Origin: Gilvibacter sediminis | GTDB lineage: Bacteria > Bacteroidota > Bacteroidia > Flavobacteriales > Flavobacteriaceae | Direction of reading: 5' to 3' | Assembly: GCF_028561565.1 (NCBI RefSeq) | Contig: NZ_JAQQTE010000001.1 | Span: 230,005-294,004, forward strand | DNA: 64,000 nt | The notes under the pieces: model-generated | Databases searched by the model: none | What the model was told of the DNA's origin: nothing | What the model saw: the letters and a program-made list of their open reading frames with translations, nothing else | Shown here: positions 50,721 to 60,730 of the stretch, one piece after another | How positions within the stretch are numbered: position 1 is the first letter of the stretch | Layout: the number at the start of each line of letters is the position of its first letter | Position numbers and translations under genes: made by a program

Positions 50721-51320
50721 TTATCGCTGATTTTCTGCAGCAATTATAGAGTCTAAAATTGCCTTTTGTTTTTCGCGTTCAGCCTCTTCATTTTCTTTTC
50801 TATCTAGATCGATTCGATCCTTAAGTATCTTTTCATTAATGCGCACCTTTAAATTGGCCATAGAAGTGTTTAGCTCTTCAAAGCAAGTAGAGATCACCTC
50901 GGTTCTGGGGCGTTCACTATTAATGGCTTGATTCAATAGCTTAACACGTGTTTGCAAAACATTGACCCGTGATAGGATACTCTGCTGAGCCAAAGTATCT
51001 GGTACCGTATTGGCCAGTGAATCCGAAAAACTCACCAAGCGCTCCGAGCGCGATCGGATCTCTGCCAAGGACAAAGTATTCATCGCGATGAGTTCATCCT
51101 CAAAATCATCAAAGATGGACCAATCATTTACAATCGGCGTGGCTGCTGCATTGATGCGCGGCAATTTTATGCTCGCAGTCCCATAAAAGGAAGTACTGTC
51201 TTGGCTCGTAGTGGAATCTTCCTGCTGCTGACCCGAATTGGAATCGCAGGCCGTAAATAACAATCCGAAGCAAAGAAAAGTGCAAACAAAGCCGCTGAGT
51301 ATGTAGAATTTAGTGCGCAT
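50721..51320 (-). CDS. Hypothetical lipoprotein
   Basis: Signal peptide with lipobox LFTAC, coiled-coil C-terminus; start trimmed to MRTKFY. Confidence 0.5.
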   Translation of the reverse strand: MRTKFYILSGFVCTFLCFGLLFTACDSNSGQQQEDSTTSQDSTSFYGTASIKLPRINAAATPIVNDWSIFDDFEDELIAMNTLSLAEIRSRSERLVSFSDSLANTVPDTLAQQSILSRVNVLQTRVKLLNQAINSERPRTEVISTCFEELNTSMANLKVRINEKILKDRIDLDRKENEEAEREKQKAILDSIIAAENQR

Positions 51321-51409
51321 TGCTGGGCAAATATAATCAAATCCTTGCCCCGACACTGTTGTAAAAAACACAAATAAAGCCAGCGATCCTCACAGTTTTA
51401 TTCTGCTTA

Positions 51410-51417
51410 TATTTGCT
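51410..51417 (+). promoter_or_regulatory. Candidate -7 box (TATATTTG) for the 51478 gene
   Basis: TAnnTTTG match about 60 nt upstream of the start codon. Confidence 0.3.
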
Positions 51418-51477
51418 TTGCAGCTTCTTCATTGGGGATGCACAACCAAATAAATACTTCCTTAGTTTAGACCGATT

Positions 51478-52434
51478 ATGCTAAAATCTCGAATCCTGGT
51501 CCTGGGTGGCTGTGGACAATTAGGCACAGAACTGGTAACGCATTTACGCGCAAAATACGGCGCTAAAAAAGTGATCGTCAGTGATATCAAAGAAGCAGAC
51601 GATGAAATGATGGCGCAAGGACCTTTTGAGGTTATTGACGCTACCGATTACAGTCAAATAGAAGACGTTGTGATCCAATATGAGATCACCGAAGTTTATC
51701 TACTCGCGGCAATGTTATCGGCTACTGGAGAGAAATTCCCAGAGAAGGCTTGGCAGCTCAATATGACCTCTTTATTCAATGTGTTGGACTTGGCTAAAGA
51801 CGGCAAGATTGAAAAGGTCTTTTGGCCTTCCAGTATTGCAGTATTTGGCGAATCGACCCCTAAGGACAACACACCTCAGCAAACCATTATGGAACCCAGC
51901 ACGGTTTACGGGATCAGTAAACTGGCGGGAGAACGTTGGTGTGAATACTACCACCGCAAATTTGGTGTGGATGTGAGAAGCATTCGCTATCCGGGCTTGA
52001 TCAGTTATAAAACGGCTCCGGGAGGAGGAACCACAGACTATGCGGTAGATATTTTCCACAAAGCGCTCAAGCACGATTGTTATGTGTCCTTTTTGAACGC
52101 GCAGAGTGAACTACCCATGATGTATATTGAGGACGCCATTAATGCCACGATCTCCATTATGGATGTTCCGCGGGAACAGATCAAGGTTCACAGTTCATAC
52201 AACTTGTCTGCCTTGAGTTTTACGCCAGAACAACTCGCGGCAGAAATAAAGAAACAACGCCCAGATTTTAAGATCTCCTACGACCCGGATTTTAGACAAG
52301 AGATTGCAGATTCTTGGCCAAACTCTATTGATGATTCCGAGGCGCGTAATGATTGGGGCTGGGATCACCAATACGGTATTGAAGAGATCACAGAGATCAT
52401 GCTCCGAGAATTGGGGCCGGTCTACGCAAAATAA
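51478..52434 (+). CDS. NAD-dependent epimerase/dehydratase-family protein, probably SDR-type L-threonine 3-dehydrogenase
   Basis: N-terminal Rossmann GGCGQLGTEL, D-I dinucleotide pocket, YxxxK region (YGISKLAGE); length and N-terminus resemble SDR-type TDH. Confidence 0.55.
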   Translation: MLKSRILVLGGCGQLGTELVTHLRAKYGAKKVIVSDIKEADDEMMAQGPFEVIDATDYSQIEDVVIQYEITEVYLLAAMLSATGEKFPEKAWQLNMTSLFNVLDLAKDGKIEKVFWPSSIAVFGESTPKDNTPQQTIMEPSTVYGISKLAGERWCEYYHRKFGVDVRSIRYPGLISYKTAPGGGTTDYAVDIFHKALKHDCYVSFLNAQSELPMMYIEDAINATISIMDVPREQIKVHSSYNLSALSFTPEQLAAEIKKQRPDFKISYDPDFRQEIADSWPNSIDDSEARNDWGWDHQYGIEEITEIMLRELGPVYAK

Positions 52435-52440
52435 ACTCTT

Positions 52441-53154
52441 ATGAATCGCTTGGGATTTTTATTGTTTCTGCTGATTGGATGCATGTCTTGCACAGAAGAA
52501 TCAGCAGAAGATATTGTACTTAAAAGTATGGAATACCACGGCGGAATTGCCGCTTGGGAAGCTGTGGATGAACTCAGCTATTTAAAGACCACCAAGCTCT
52601 ACGCTGCAGATGGCAGCCTAGAATCTGAAAGCAGTATTGTCTATCATCATCCTTTATATCAAGACCTGCCTGCCAGTATGCGCTGGCTGGATGGCAGTCA
52701 ACTCAAGGCTTTTAAATTGGATTCTGCAGGGGTGATCAAAGCCAATTTTGATCTTACTGCCAAAGACAGCACGCGCTATCGGGAAAGTTTACGCACGGCG
52801 CCATATACCTTGTGTCAACCCTTTAAATTGATGGCAGACGCTGATCTATTAGTTCGATTTGAAGACGAAGTATTAGAAGACGGCCAAGCCGTTTATGTTA
52901 TCGGTTTAGGCTATACGGATAGCGACGGCTCCGAAGGAACCCGATGGAAATACTACTTCAATAAAGAGAACTACCGCCTAGAGGCTGCTTTAGTTTTGCA
53001 CAACGGCAGTTACAGCTACATTACAAACGATGTTTACGAGAATAAAACGGGTTTATCTTTAAATGCTAAGCGGACCAGTTACCGCACAGACAGCTTGCGC
53101 AATGTGCAATACGTGCGGGGAGAATTTCTCTACGAGTATTTAGAAGAACAATAA
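52441..53154 (+). CDS. Hypothetical lipoprotein
   Basis: Signal peptide with Cys (LLIGCMSC); 6 nt after the previous gene. Confidence 0.5.
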   Translation: MNRLGFLLFLLIGCMSCTEESAEDIVLKSMEYHGGIAAWEAVDELSYLKTTKLYAADGSLESESSIVYHHPLYQDLPASMRWLDGSQLKAFKLDSAGVIKANFDLTAKDSTRYRESLRTAPYTLCQPFKLMADADLLVRFEDEVLEDGQAVYVIGLGYTDSDGSEGTRWKYYFNKENYRLEAALVLHNGSYSYITNDVYENKTGLSLNAKRTSYRTDSLRNVQYVRGEFLYEYLEEQ

Positions 53155-53190
53155 AAAAGGCTCCTTTATCAGGAGCCTTTTTAGTTTTAA
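53152..53190. terminator. Bidirectional rho-independent terminator
   Basis: AAAAAAGGCTCC-TTTATC-AGGAGCCTTTTT between convergent genes. Confidence 0.8.
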
Positions 53191-53203
53191 ATTGTTTTAA
53201 AGC

Positions 53204-55273
53204 TTATTGCTTGATCAGGCGTTTTACCGCTGTTCCAGCAGAGCTTTGGAATTTCACCATATAAAGTCCAGTAGCCAATTCAGACACATCTAGTGTCAAG
53301 CCAGCATTTTGGTTCATGGTTTGGGTCAATACCTGCTTCCCGGTAATGTCAAAGATCTGAACACTTTCTAAAGGCTCATTAGCACTCCACTGGATCTGTA
53401 ATTGATCTCCCGCAGGGTTAGGATAAAGCACAATGGCAGAAGCGTCAAACTCGTCTACAGAAAGTCCGCAGAAGTTGCTTGGATCTTCAATGATCACATT
53501 GGCCGTACAAGTGTAAACATTACCTGCATAATCTGTGATAGTAACATCTACCGTGTTGGCTCCAATATCGTCACAAACAAAAGAAGAAGGTGAAAGCGTT
53601 ACGTCCATTCCAATATACATGAGGTCCTTGATACGTACATCAAAACCGTCATCTACGGCTGGATTTCGAATAGCCACTGCATCACCAGTGAGTAAGTCAA
53701 TGGTGTATACGGTATCACATCCAAAAGTAGTTGAGCTTACGGCTTTATCGCCTCCTACGTACTCAATACCTTGAGAAGTTCCTCCACAACCGCCATCAGG
53801 CACGGTAAAAGAAGTCACAGGGCTCACAGAACCGTCAGAAAGCGCAACAGCGATCACATCAATGTTTGCCGTTCCACTTGCGTGCAAGAGTCTGTTGTTG
53901 TCAAAGTCATAAGTCAATCCTACTCCACCTGCAGTACCGGCAGCACCTACATCTGCAAAGGCATTCATGGTGTTAGTACTCAAATCATAAAGCCCGATCT
54001 CTCCCGATTGGAAGGTCACGTAAAGCGCTCCATCACTACCAAAGGTTATGTCTTGCGCCTGTACATCTGCTCCTGGAGACACCATTGCATCGATCAAAGT
54101 TGTTCCCCCAGTGTCTAGATCAAAAAGATAGAGCGAACGCGCTCCTCCGTCGTTCTGAAGAATGTAAACTTGATTCTCAATAGGGTGATAATCCATAGCG
54201 AAGAACTGATCCGGCCCTGTACTGGTTACCACTGGAGTCTTCACGCTAATGGCGTCATCGGTAGGGTCATAGTTGTATAAGTGCACATCATTCACACCAC
54301 CCGTTGCATTTAGATCAATCGCGTAAAGGTTGTTGATGGAATTGGTAATGGTTCCTCCATTGAATGGAATAGAAAGGTCAGATTGCACCTCAACAGTGGC
54401 ATCATTACATGCTGGACCACTTGCAGTAGAAGCGTTTACATAAGCAAACTGCTTTACCGAACCGTCAAATGGGTTTGGATCTGCCAAGCTTGCAGTAGCT
54501 CCCGTTGCCATATCAATGGTATAAATGATACTGCAATCAAAAGTAGAAGAAGAGATCGCTTTTCCGTTTCCGACATACTGAATAGCCTGAGCTGAACAAG
54601 CTCCAGCCGCACCAGGAATAACAATATTGAACAGTAAGCTTGAAGCTCCTGTTGTAGTATTGATCTCAAAGATGCTAGGATCTGAAGTACCCGACGCGTA
54701 GATCAAGCGATCGTTGTCAAAATCATAAGTAAGCCCTGAACCACCACCTGCAGGAAGTGCTCCAATATTGGTCGCTGTTCCTGAACCTGGATCATAAGAG
54801 TCTAGATCTCCAGAACCAAAAGTAATGTAAACGGTTCCATCGGTCCCAATGGCCATAGCACTTGGGTTAGTCGCTCCAGAAGAAGACACTACCGCGCCGA
54901 GGTCTGTGATTGCACCAGAAACTGGATCCAAAATATGGAAGTTTCGCGTGCCACTTCCGTTGTCTAAGATCGCATACACCAAACCATCAGAAGGATTGTA
55001 GTCCATTGCAAATGGGGTATCCATAGCAACATTCAATGCTGCTCCTGAGTCGTAAAAAAGACCGTCAGATTCTGGAAAATAACTGAAGCGTCCAAAATTA
55101 AAGGCAGCGTCAATAAAGGTTATCGCGTAAAGCGAGTTGTTCGGAATGACTGCTCCACCTACGGTTGCCGCATTGGGAGCGCAATCGTCTTCTATTGGAG
55201 CTGCAGGGTTTGTGGCAAAGCTTGCTGAGCCAATCATCAGCATTGCACACATGGAGAGATAAAGTTTTTTCAT
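53204..55273 (-). CDS. Large secreted repeat protein with T9SS C-terminal sorting domain
   Basis: Signal peptide; internally duplicated ~250-aa modules (GLTYDFDNDRLIYASGTSD / GLTYDFDNNRLLHASGTAN); C-terminal LYPNPAGDQL...GLYMVKF CTD. Confidence 0.7.
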   Translation of the reverse strand: MKKLYLSMCAMLMIGSASFATNPAAPIEDDCAPNAATVGGAVIPNNSLYAITFIDAAFNFGRFSYFPESDGLFYDSGAALNVAMDTPFAMDYNPSDGLVYAILDNGSGTRNFHILDPVSGAITDLGAVVSSSGATNPSAMAIGTDGTVYITFGSGDLDSYDPGSGTATNIGALPAGGGSGLTYDFDNDRLIYASGTSDPSIFEINTTTGASSLLFNIVIPGAAGACSAQAIQYVGNGKAISSSTFDCSIIYTIDMATGATASLADPNPFDGSVKQFAYVNASTASGPACNDATVEVQSDLSIPFNGGTITNSINNLYAIDLNATGGVNDVHLYNYDPTDDAISVKTPVVTSTGPDQFFAMDYHPIENQVYILQNDGGARSLYLFDLDTGGTTLIDAMVSPGADVQAQDITFGSDGALYVTFQSGEIGLYDLSTNTMNAFADVGAAGTAGGVGLTYDFDNNRLLHASGTANIDVIAVALSDGSVSPVTSFTVPDGGCGGTSQGIEYVGGDKAVSSTTFGCDTVYTIDLLTGDAVAIRNPAVDDGFDVRIKDLMYIGMDVTLSPSSFVCDDIGANTVDVTITDYAGNVYTCTANVIIEDPSNFCGLSVDEFDASAIVLYPNPAGDQLQIQWSANEPLESVQIFDITGKQVLTQTMNQNAGLTLDVSELATGLYMVKFQSSAGTAVKRLIKQ

Positions 55274-55483
55274 TGTGATTGTTTGAAAAATTGTTGATTA
55301 AGCTTAAAGTTAGGAAAAAACCCATGCGCTCCGACCCAGCCCCACACTTTATCGACAAAAGGATTAAAAAAGGGGAAAAAGCCCCACAATAGTTGTTAAG
55401 ACCGTAAGACTTTTCTTTAATAATCAAGAGGTTAGCTTCAATTTCAAATTGATTAACTTCAACCAGCCAAGACCACCACACCT

Positions 55484-57007
55484 ATGGAAAACACTACCAT
55501 TATTCTTGTTGTTATGATCGTGTATATGTTCCTGCTTATTGGCTGGGGACTGTATCAGGGTCGAAAAGTAAAAACGGCAAGTGACTTTGCCATTGCTGGG
55601 CGAAAACTACCGGGCTGGGTCGCTGCGCTTTCGGAACGCGCCACGGGAGAATCTTCTTGGGCGCTTTTAGGATTACCAGGGGCGGCTTATGCCACCGGGC
55701 TCATGGAAGTTTGGACGGCCATTGGCTGCGTGGTGGGTATCATTGTGGCTTGGGTGGTCATTGCCAAACGCCTGCAACGCGAGGCCGACAAGTATGAAGC
55801 TGACACCTTTACCGGCTATATTGCCAAACGCCATGGCAATGCTGCAAAATGGATTCGTTTGGTGGGGAGCGCCACTATAGTATTCTTCTTCTTTTTCTAC
55901 GTAGGCGCTCAATTTTTAGGCGGTGGAAAGACGCTCAACAGCCTTTTTGAGATTGACCGAAACTGGGCCATGCTTTTGGTGGTTTTGTTAGTAGTTCCTT
56001 ATACGATTTACGGCGGATTCCGTTCGGTGACCTATACCGATGTGATCCAATCCGTATTGATGATCATTACCTTGATCATAACGCCTATTGCTGGTTATTT
56101 CTACCTCAAAGGCATTACTGCGGATGTGAATTTTGCATCCTCTGTCGGAGCTGCTTTGGAAAAGGCCGGCCCCGAATACAGCACCATGATGGGCGGCGCT
56201 GTGGTGAATCCAGAAAGTGCTTTGGGAAAGGTGTTGACCGATTGGTTCCCCAACGCTCCTGATATGATAGCAGGCTTGGGCAGCGGAATCATGATCGCTG
56301 TGGCCTTTAGTTGGTTCTTTGGCTACTTGGGCGGACAACCGCAGCTGAGCATGCGTTTTATGGCGATCCGTTCGGCTAAGGAAGCGAAGGTGGCCCGAAA
56401 CATTGGTGTCATTTGGACCGTAATTGCTTATACCGGCGCCTTGTATATTGGCTGGTTAGGGATAGCCATCTTTGGTCCAGAAGGCCTGGCAGATCAGGAG
56501 ACGGTGATGCCTCGCGTGTTGACCACGATCTTCCCGCCGGTGATCTCTGGAATCCTCATTACAGGAGTTTTGGCAGCTATCATTTCTACGGCCAACTCGC
56601 TATTGATCCTATCGGCCACGGAACTCTCAGAGAACCTCATCAAACCGCTGTCTAAAAATAAATCAGAAGCACAATCGCTATTACAATCCAGAGCCATTAC
56701 CGCAGCGCTTTCTGTCATTGCTTTGTTGATCGCCTTTGTGACTCCGAGCGATCTTATCTACAGCATTGTGGGTTATGTTTGGGCGGGTATTGGATCTACC
56801 TTTTCTGTGGTGATCTTGCTCACACTTTTTTACAAATCCTATCACGGCAAAGCCGCTTTGGCCACCATGATCGCAGGTTTGGTATTCACACTTTTTTGGA
56901 TCGGTTCTGGTTTGGACGCTGTGATCTCCTCTCGCATCATGACCTTTGTTGTGGCCTTGATAGTTGCACTACTCAGCACCAAACTGCTTAAACCGACTAC
57001 AGCTTAA
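55484..57007 (+). CDS. Sodium:solute symporter (SSS) family transporter
   Basis: About 13 TM helices and SSS signature regions (GRKLPGWVAALSERATGESSW). Confidence 0.85.
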   Translation: MENTTIILVVMIVYMFLLIGWGLYQGRKVKTASDFAIAGRKLPGWVAALSERATGESSWALLGLPGAAYATGLMEVWTAIGCVVGIIVAWVVIAKRLQREADKYEADTFTGYIAKRHGNAAKWIRLVGSATIVFFFFFYVGAQFLGGGKTLNSLFEIDRNWAMLLVVLLVVPYTIYGGFRSVTYTDVIQSVLMIITLIITPIAGYFYLKGITADVNFASSVGAALEKAGPEYSTMMGGAVVNPESALGKVLTDWFPNAPDMIAGLGSGIMIAVAFSWFFGYLGGQPQLSMRFMAIRSAKEAKVARNIGVIWTVIAYTGALYIGWLGIAIFGPEGLADQETVMPRVLTTIFPPVISGILITGVLAAIISTANSLLILSATELSENLIKPLSKNKSEAQSLLQSRAITAALSVIALLIAFVTPSDLIYSIVGYVWAGIGSTFSVVILLTLFYKSYHGKAALATMIAGLVFTLFWIGSGLDAVISSRIMTFVVALIVALLSTKLLKPTTA

Positions 57008-57456
57008 TCTTTTTTGGCCATTTTTTCTAGCAGGCTGATCTGCTTGTCCATTTTTTGCACCATAGCATCCAAAAGTTGAATGTTCTTGGGAGTGACCTCT
57101 GTTTGGTCTTTGGGATCTTCTGATTTATTGCGGATGCGGTTCATCACCTTCACCACCAAAAAGACCGTAAAGCCAATGATCAAGAAATCTACGGAGGCTT
57201 CTATGAATTTTCCGTAGCCAATAGCGATCTCTTCGGGATTAGTGACTCCATCTGTGGTTACGGCCTCCCGAATGACCCATTTTTTGTTCGTCCAATTGAC
57301 TCCATCGGTCAAAAAAGAAAGCGGCGGCAAAAAGATCTCTTTTACCAATACGTCTACTACTTTGTTGAAGGCTGTTCCTATGATCACCCCTATGGCGATG
57401 TCTATCATATTGCCTTTTACAGCGAATTCTTTGAATTCTGAAAATAATTTTCTCAT
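57004..57456 (-). CDS. mscL: Large-conductance mechanosensitive channel MscL
   Basis: EFKEFAVKGNMIDIAIGVIIGTAFNKVVD N-terminal signature; start set to the internal Met. Confidence 0.9.
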   Translation of the reverse strand: MRKLFSEFKEFAVKGNMIDIAIGVIIGTAFNKVVDVLVKEIFLPPLSFLTDGVNWTNKKWVIREAVTTDGVTNPEEIAIGYGKFIEASVDFLIIGFTVFLVVKVMNRIRNKSEDPKDQTEVTPKNIQLLDAMVQKMDKQISLLEKMAKKD

Positions 57457-57654
57457 GCGTTTGCTGCGGATTTGAATTGTGTTGCGTCTGCAAATTACGG
57501 ATATGATTTTGAATTTATTTGACATTTAAATCCGCCCGTTCTTTGCCGGTAATGAGCAGAGATCGGTCTGGTTATCGCGGTGAGGGTCGCGAACCCTTTT
57601 TCTTTTTTTATATGATACTTTTTTCTTGACAAAAAAGTATCCAAAAAGACAAGA

Positions 57655-58016
57655 CCAAATACCGCGACTCTGAACGAGGATTTAGAAAAACAAGCTGGCA
57701 GCTTGGGATAAGAGCTGTGTGGAACAGCAGTGCGGCGCAGCCGAGTGCGAGCTCCACACAGCTGTGGCTGAAGGCAGCGTAGTTTTTCAAATTAGAGTGA
57801 GCGTCGCTAGCGCTTTTTGCTACTTTTTGCCGCAATTGGAAAAAGTAGTTTAAATAAAAGAATATGATAAGGTCAGCAGCACTTGCTGCAACAATTAAAG
57901 ACTGAATTTGAGAGGTCATCTCGATACATTGCTGAACGAAGTTTCATAGAAACCAAACATCCAGTGGATGTTTGAGTGAAGCACCTGCGCTAGCAGCAGG
58001 CCGATTCTATGTCGCC
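57655..58016. repeat. Copy 1 of a ~360-bp dispersed repeat with internal hairpins
   Basis: About 85% identity over the first ~165 nt and 97/97 identity over the terminal segment with 63640-64000; contains inverted repeats AGCTGTGTGGA/TCCACACAGCT and AAACATCC-AGT-GGATGTTT. Confidence 0.85.
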
Positions 58017-58098
58017 ACTCGATGACCGTAACGTAAACCTCCAATTGCCATAAGCAGCGACGCTTTTTTTGGCATAATGATTCGTAAATTTGTGAAGG

Positions 58099-59070
58099 AT
58101 GGAAAAATTCGATGTTCTAATAATTGGAGGAGGCCCAATAGGCATAGCTTGTGGGCTGGAAGCGCAAAAGAAAAACCTAAAATACACCATAATTGAAAAG
58201 GGCTGTATTGTCAATTCGCTCTACAATTACCCAGAGGGAATGAGCTTTTTCTCTACCTCAGAAAAGTTAGAACTCGACGGCATTCCGTTTATCTCTAAGA
58301 ACGCCAAACCGCTTAAGGCCGAGGCCTTAGAATATTACCGCCGTATAGTGACCAGCCGTGATCTGCGCATGCAACTCTTTGAAAAGGTCACTGAGGTAAA
58401 ACGCCTCAACCCCGGCTTTGAAGTACACACCTCCAGAGGCGCTTATTTAGCCGACAATATAGTGGTGGCCATTGGTTTTTATGACCTGCCCAATTTGCTC
58501 AACGTTCCTGGAGAAGAGCTCCCCAAGGTGGCCCACTATTACAACAACCCGCATTTCTATGCCCGCCAAGAAGTGGCCGTTGTGGGTGCAAGCAATTCTG
58601 CAGTAGACGCAGCGCTAGAAATTTACCGTAAAGGGGGAAACGTAACCATGATTATCCGCGGTGACGACATAGGCGAACGCGTAAAGTATTGGGTGCGCCC
58701 AGACATAGTAAACCGCATTGCCGAAGGCAGCATTAAGGCCCATTACAACACCAACATTACCGAGATCTTAGAAGACCGCATTAAACTCCACGGCACGGAA
58801 GGAGATTTTGAATTGCCCAACGACTATGTGCTAGCCCTCACTGGCTACCAACCCAATTTCGCCTTTTTAGAAAACCTGGGCGTGGAACTCTCTAAGGACG
58901 CCTTGCGCAAACCCATTTATAACGAAGCCACTATGGAATCTAACCAGCCCGGCGTATACCTAGCCGGCGTGGTCTGTGGCGGCATGAAAACCAATGAGTG
59001 GTTTATTGAGAATTCTAGGGTTCATGCTCCCATGATCATTGATCATATTCATAGCAAACAGCAATCTTAG
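58099..59070 (+). CDS. YpdA-family FAD/NAD(P)-binding thiol-disulfide oxidoreductase (putative bacillithiol disulfide reductase)
   Basis: Dinucleotide fold VLIIGGGPIG, second Rossmann motif VAVVGASNSA, length ~323 aa. Confidence 0.7.
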   Translation: MEKFDVLIIGGGPIGIACGLEAQKKNLKYTIIEKGCIVNSLYNYPEGMSFFSTSEKLELDGIPFISKNAKPLKAEALEYYRRIVTSRDLRMQLFEKVTEVKRLNPGFEVHTSRGAYLADNIVVAIGFYDLPNLLNVPGEELPKVAHYYNNPHFYARQEVAVVGASNSAVDAALEIYRKGGNVTMIIRGDDIGERVKYWVRPDIVNRIAEGSIKAHYNTNITEILEDRIKLHGTEGDFELPNDYVLALTGYQPNFAFLENLGVELSKDALRKPIYNEATMESNQPGVYLAGVVCGGMKTNEWFIENSRVHAPMIIDHIHSKQQS

Positions 59071-59071
59071 A

Positions 59072-59743
59072 TTACTTATTCCGACTGTAACGACACTTAG
59101 GATAACTATTACAACCATAGAATTCAGTTCCTGCTCTTGGTCCTGATTTAACTGTTCTGACAACTAACGCTGAGCCACATCGAGGACAAGTCTCTTTTGA
59201 TCTATGTCTCTGTCTTAGTGATCTTAAATGATCTCTCTTTTTAAGCGTTGATGTCTTCTGAAAGCTTTTGAGTTTGAAATAAAGCAATTGTAATTCTGCT
59301 TCATTGAATAATAACTTCTTATGAGATTTTATATATCTGCCTAAGGCATAATTTCGGACATTTGGTGGCATTTTAGTCCTGAAACTACAGTTTCCATTGA
59401 AGTAGATTATTGTCTTAATCCTCGAATCATCCACTCCTAAAAATTCTGCTAATACCTTTTTCTGACGGAAGGCTTGCCGCAGCGGATTCTGAAATTGATA
59501 TTTTCTTTTGTAAATGACTTGCGTCCATTTAGCTGAGTCCTCCGAACCAAAAATCCAACCCTTTTTGTTCTTAGTTTCTATGATGAATAACCCAAATGGC
59601 GAGATGACTAAATGGTCTATTTGAGCCGTGCCATTTGAAGACGGAATAATGAGGTTATGAAACCTTTTATAGGTTTTACTGTTGAGCGAAAACCAAAGGT
59701 CTATTGCAGCTCGCTTTTCTCCTATCCAGCCTTTGGAGAGCAT
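59072..59743 (-). CDS. NERD (nuclease-related domain) protein with C-terminal topoisomerase-type zinc ribbon
   Basis: NERD motif (IDHLVISPFGLFIIETKN), C-terminal CPRCGSALV...YGCNSYPKC. Confidence 0.75.
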   Translation of the reverse strand: MLSKGWIGEKRAAIDLWFSLNSKTYKRFHNLIIPSSNGTAQIDHLVISPFGLFIIETKNKKGWIFGSEDSAKWTQVIYKRKYQFQNPLRQAFRQKKVLAEFLGVDDSRIKTIIYFNGNCSFRTKMPPNVRNYALGRYIKSHKKLLFNEAELQLLYFKLKSFQKTSTLKKRDHLRSLRQRHRSKETCPRCGSALVVRTVKSGPRAGTEFYGCNSYPKCRYSRNK

Positions 59744-59776
59744 GGGTTAATTATTATTTGAATACCTCAATTGTAC

Positions 59777-60634
59777 TTACTTCAATATCGGATTCTTCAT
59801 CGAAGTTTTACCATTAGATGGCTCTCCTGTTTTGTGACAATACTTCTCTGGAAAATCTTCGTTCTTATATTCATTCCAAATTTTCCACGCTTCTCGACTC
59901 ATGGGCTGTTTTGGGTTGAACTTGATTTTCTTACCTGTACGAATACAAAAGCCAAACTCTTGTAATTCCGTTTCAGATCGATCAGGACGTTCTACTGGCG
60001 CATCGTCCAACTCCAACTCAACAGGAAAATCAGGCAATCTTTTCTTCTCGACAACTGATGATTTTGAATTTCCATAAAATCTCTCCGTGGAATCAACCAA
60101 AACCTCTGACTTGACATATTTTTTACCAAGATTAATTATCATTTTGGATTTTTCGTACACGGGTCTTTTAATGAAAACCACTTCATTCTCATCCGCAATG
60201 TCTAGACAGGTATTCCAGGCATCATTGTCCGCCGATTGTTTAATCTTATTCATTAAACTTTGCTGAGAATAAACACCAAATTCAATATTGTTTTTGAATG
60301 AATAATCGTAAAGATTTATGGAGCTGATAACACCTTTTATCTCGTTGCCATAATACTTGGCATGTAAATTCGACACATAGATTATTGACACATTTGGAAA
60401 TTTCTTGAAGTAATCAAAGTCAGCCTTGCTCATGCTCTTTTTAACCTCCTTTTCATTTTTACCAAACACAAGTAATAAGTGAACTTTTGGATTGTTTTCG
60501 TGCCTATCAAAAAGCTTCTTGAAATAGTCGTCAAGTTTTATAAAGGGAGATACTATTAGTAGTTTTTCCTCTGCTTCCCATATAATGTCGTATATGGCAT
60601 CTTCTAGTTCCTTACCTGTCAGGAATTTGCTCAT
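59777..60634 (-). CDS. PLD-family (single HKD) nuclease-like protein
   Basis: HxK(x)4E(x)5GxxSxN: NLHAKYYGNEIKGVISSINL; N-terminal LLIVSPFI typical of PLDc_2. Confidence 0.6.
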   Translation of the reverse strand: MSKFLTGKELEDAIYDIIWEAEEKLLIVSPFIKLDDYFKKLFDRHENNPKVHLLLVFGKNEKEVKKSMSKADFDYFKKFPNVSIIYVSNLHAKYYGNEIKGVISSINLYDYSFKNNIEFGVYSQQSLMNKIKQSADNDAWNTCLDIADENEVVFIKRPVYEKSKMIINLGKKYVKSEVLVDSTERFYGNSKSSVVEKKRLPDFPVELELDDAPVERPDRSETELQEFGFCIRTGKKIKFNPKQPMSREAWKIWNEYKNEDFPEKYCHKTGEPSNGKTSMKNPILK

Positions 60635-60730
60635 AGGTTAAATTATAATTAATTCAGGAATTTATGTTACGATCATGCTTTATTTGGGTGAGAACAAGTA
60701 ATTACTTAAAGCCATTGTTGGACTTAGCTT

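Noticed and set aside
57608-57919. 103-aa minus-strand ORF inside repeat copy 1, with a similar 87-aa ORF (63629-63892) in copy 2
   Set aside because: The ORFs coincide with a structured DNA repeat. The differences between copies are not biased toward synonymous changes. Composition is Ala/Ser/Leu-rich, typical of GC-rich non-coding translation. There is no RBS or start-codon context.
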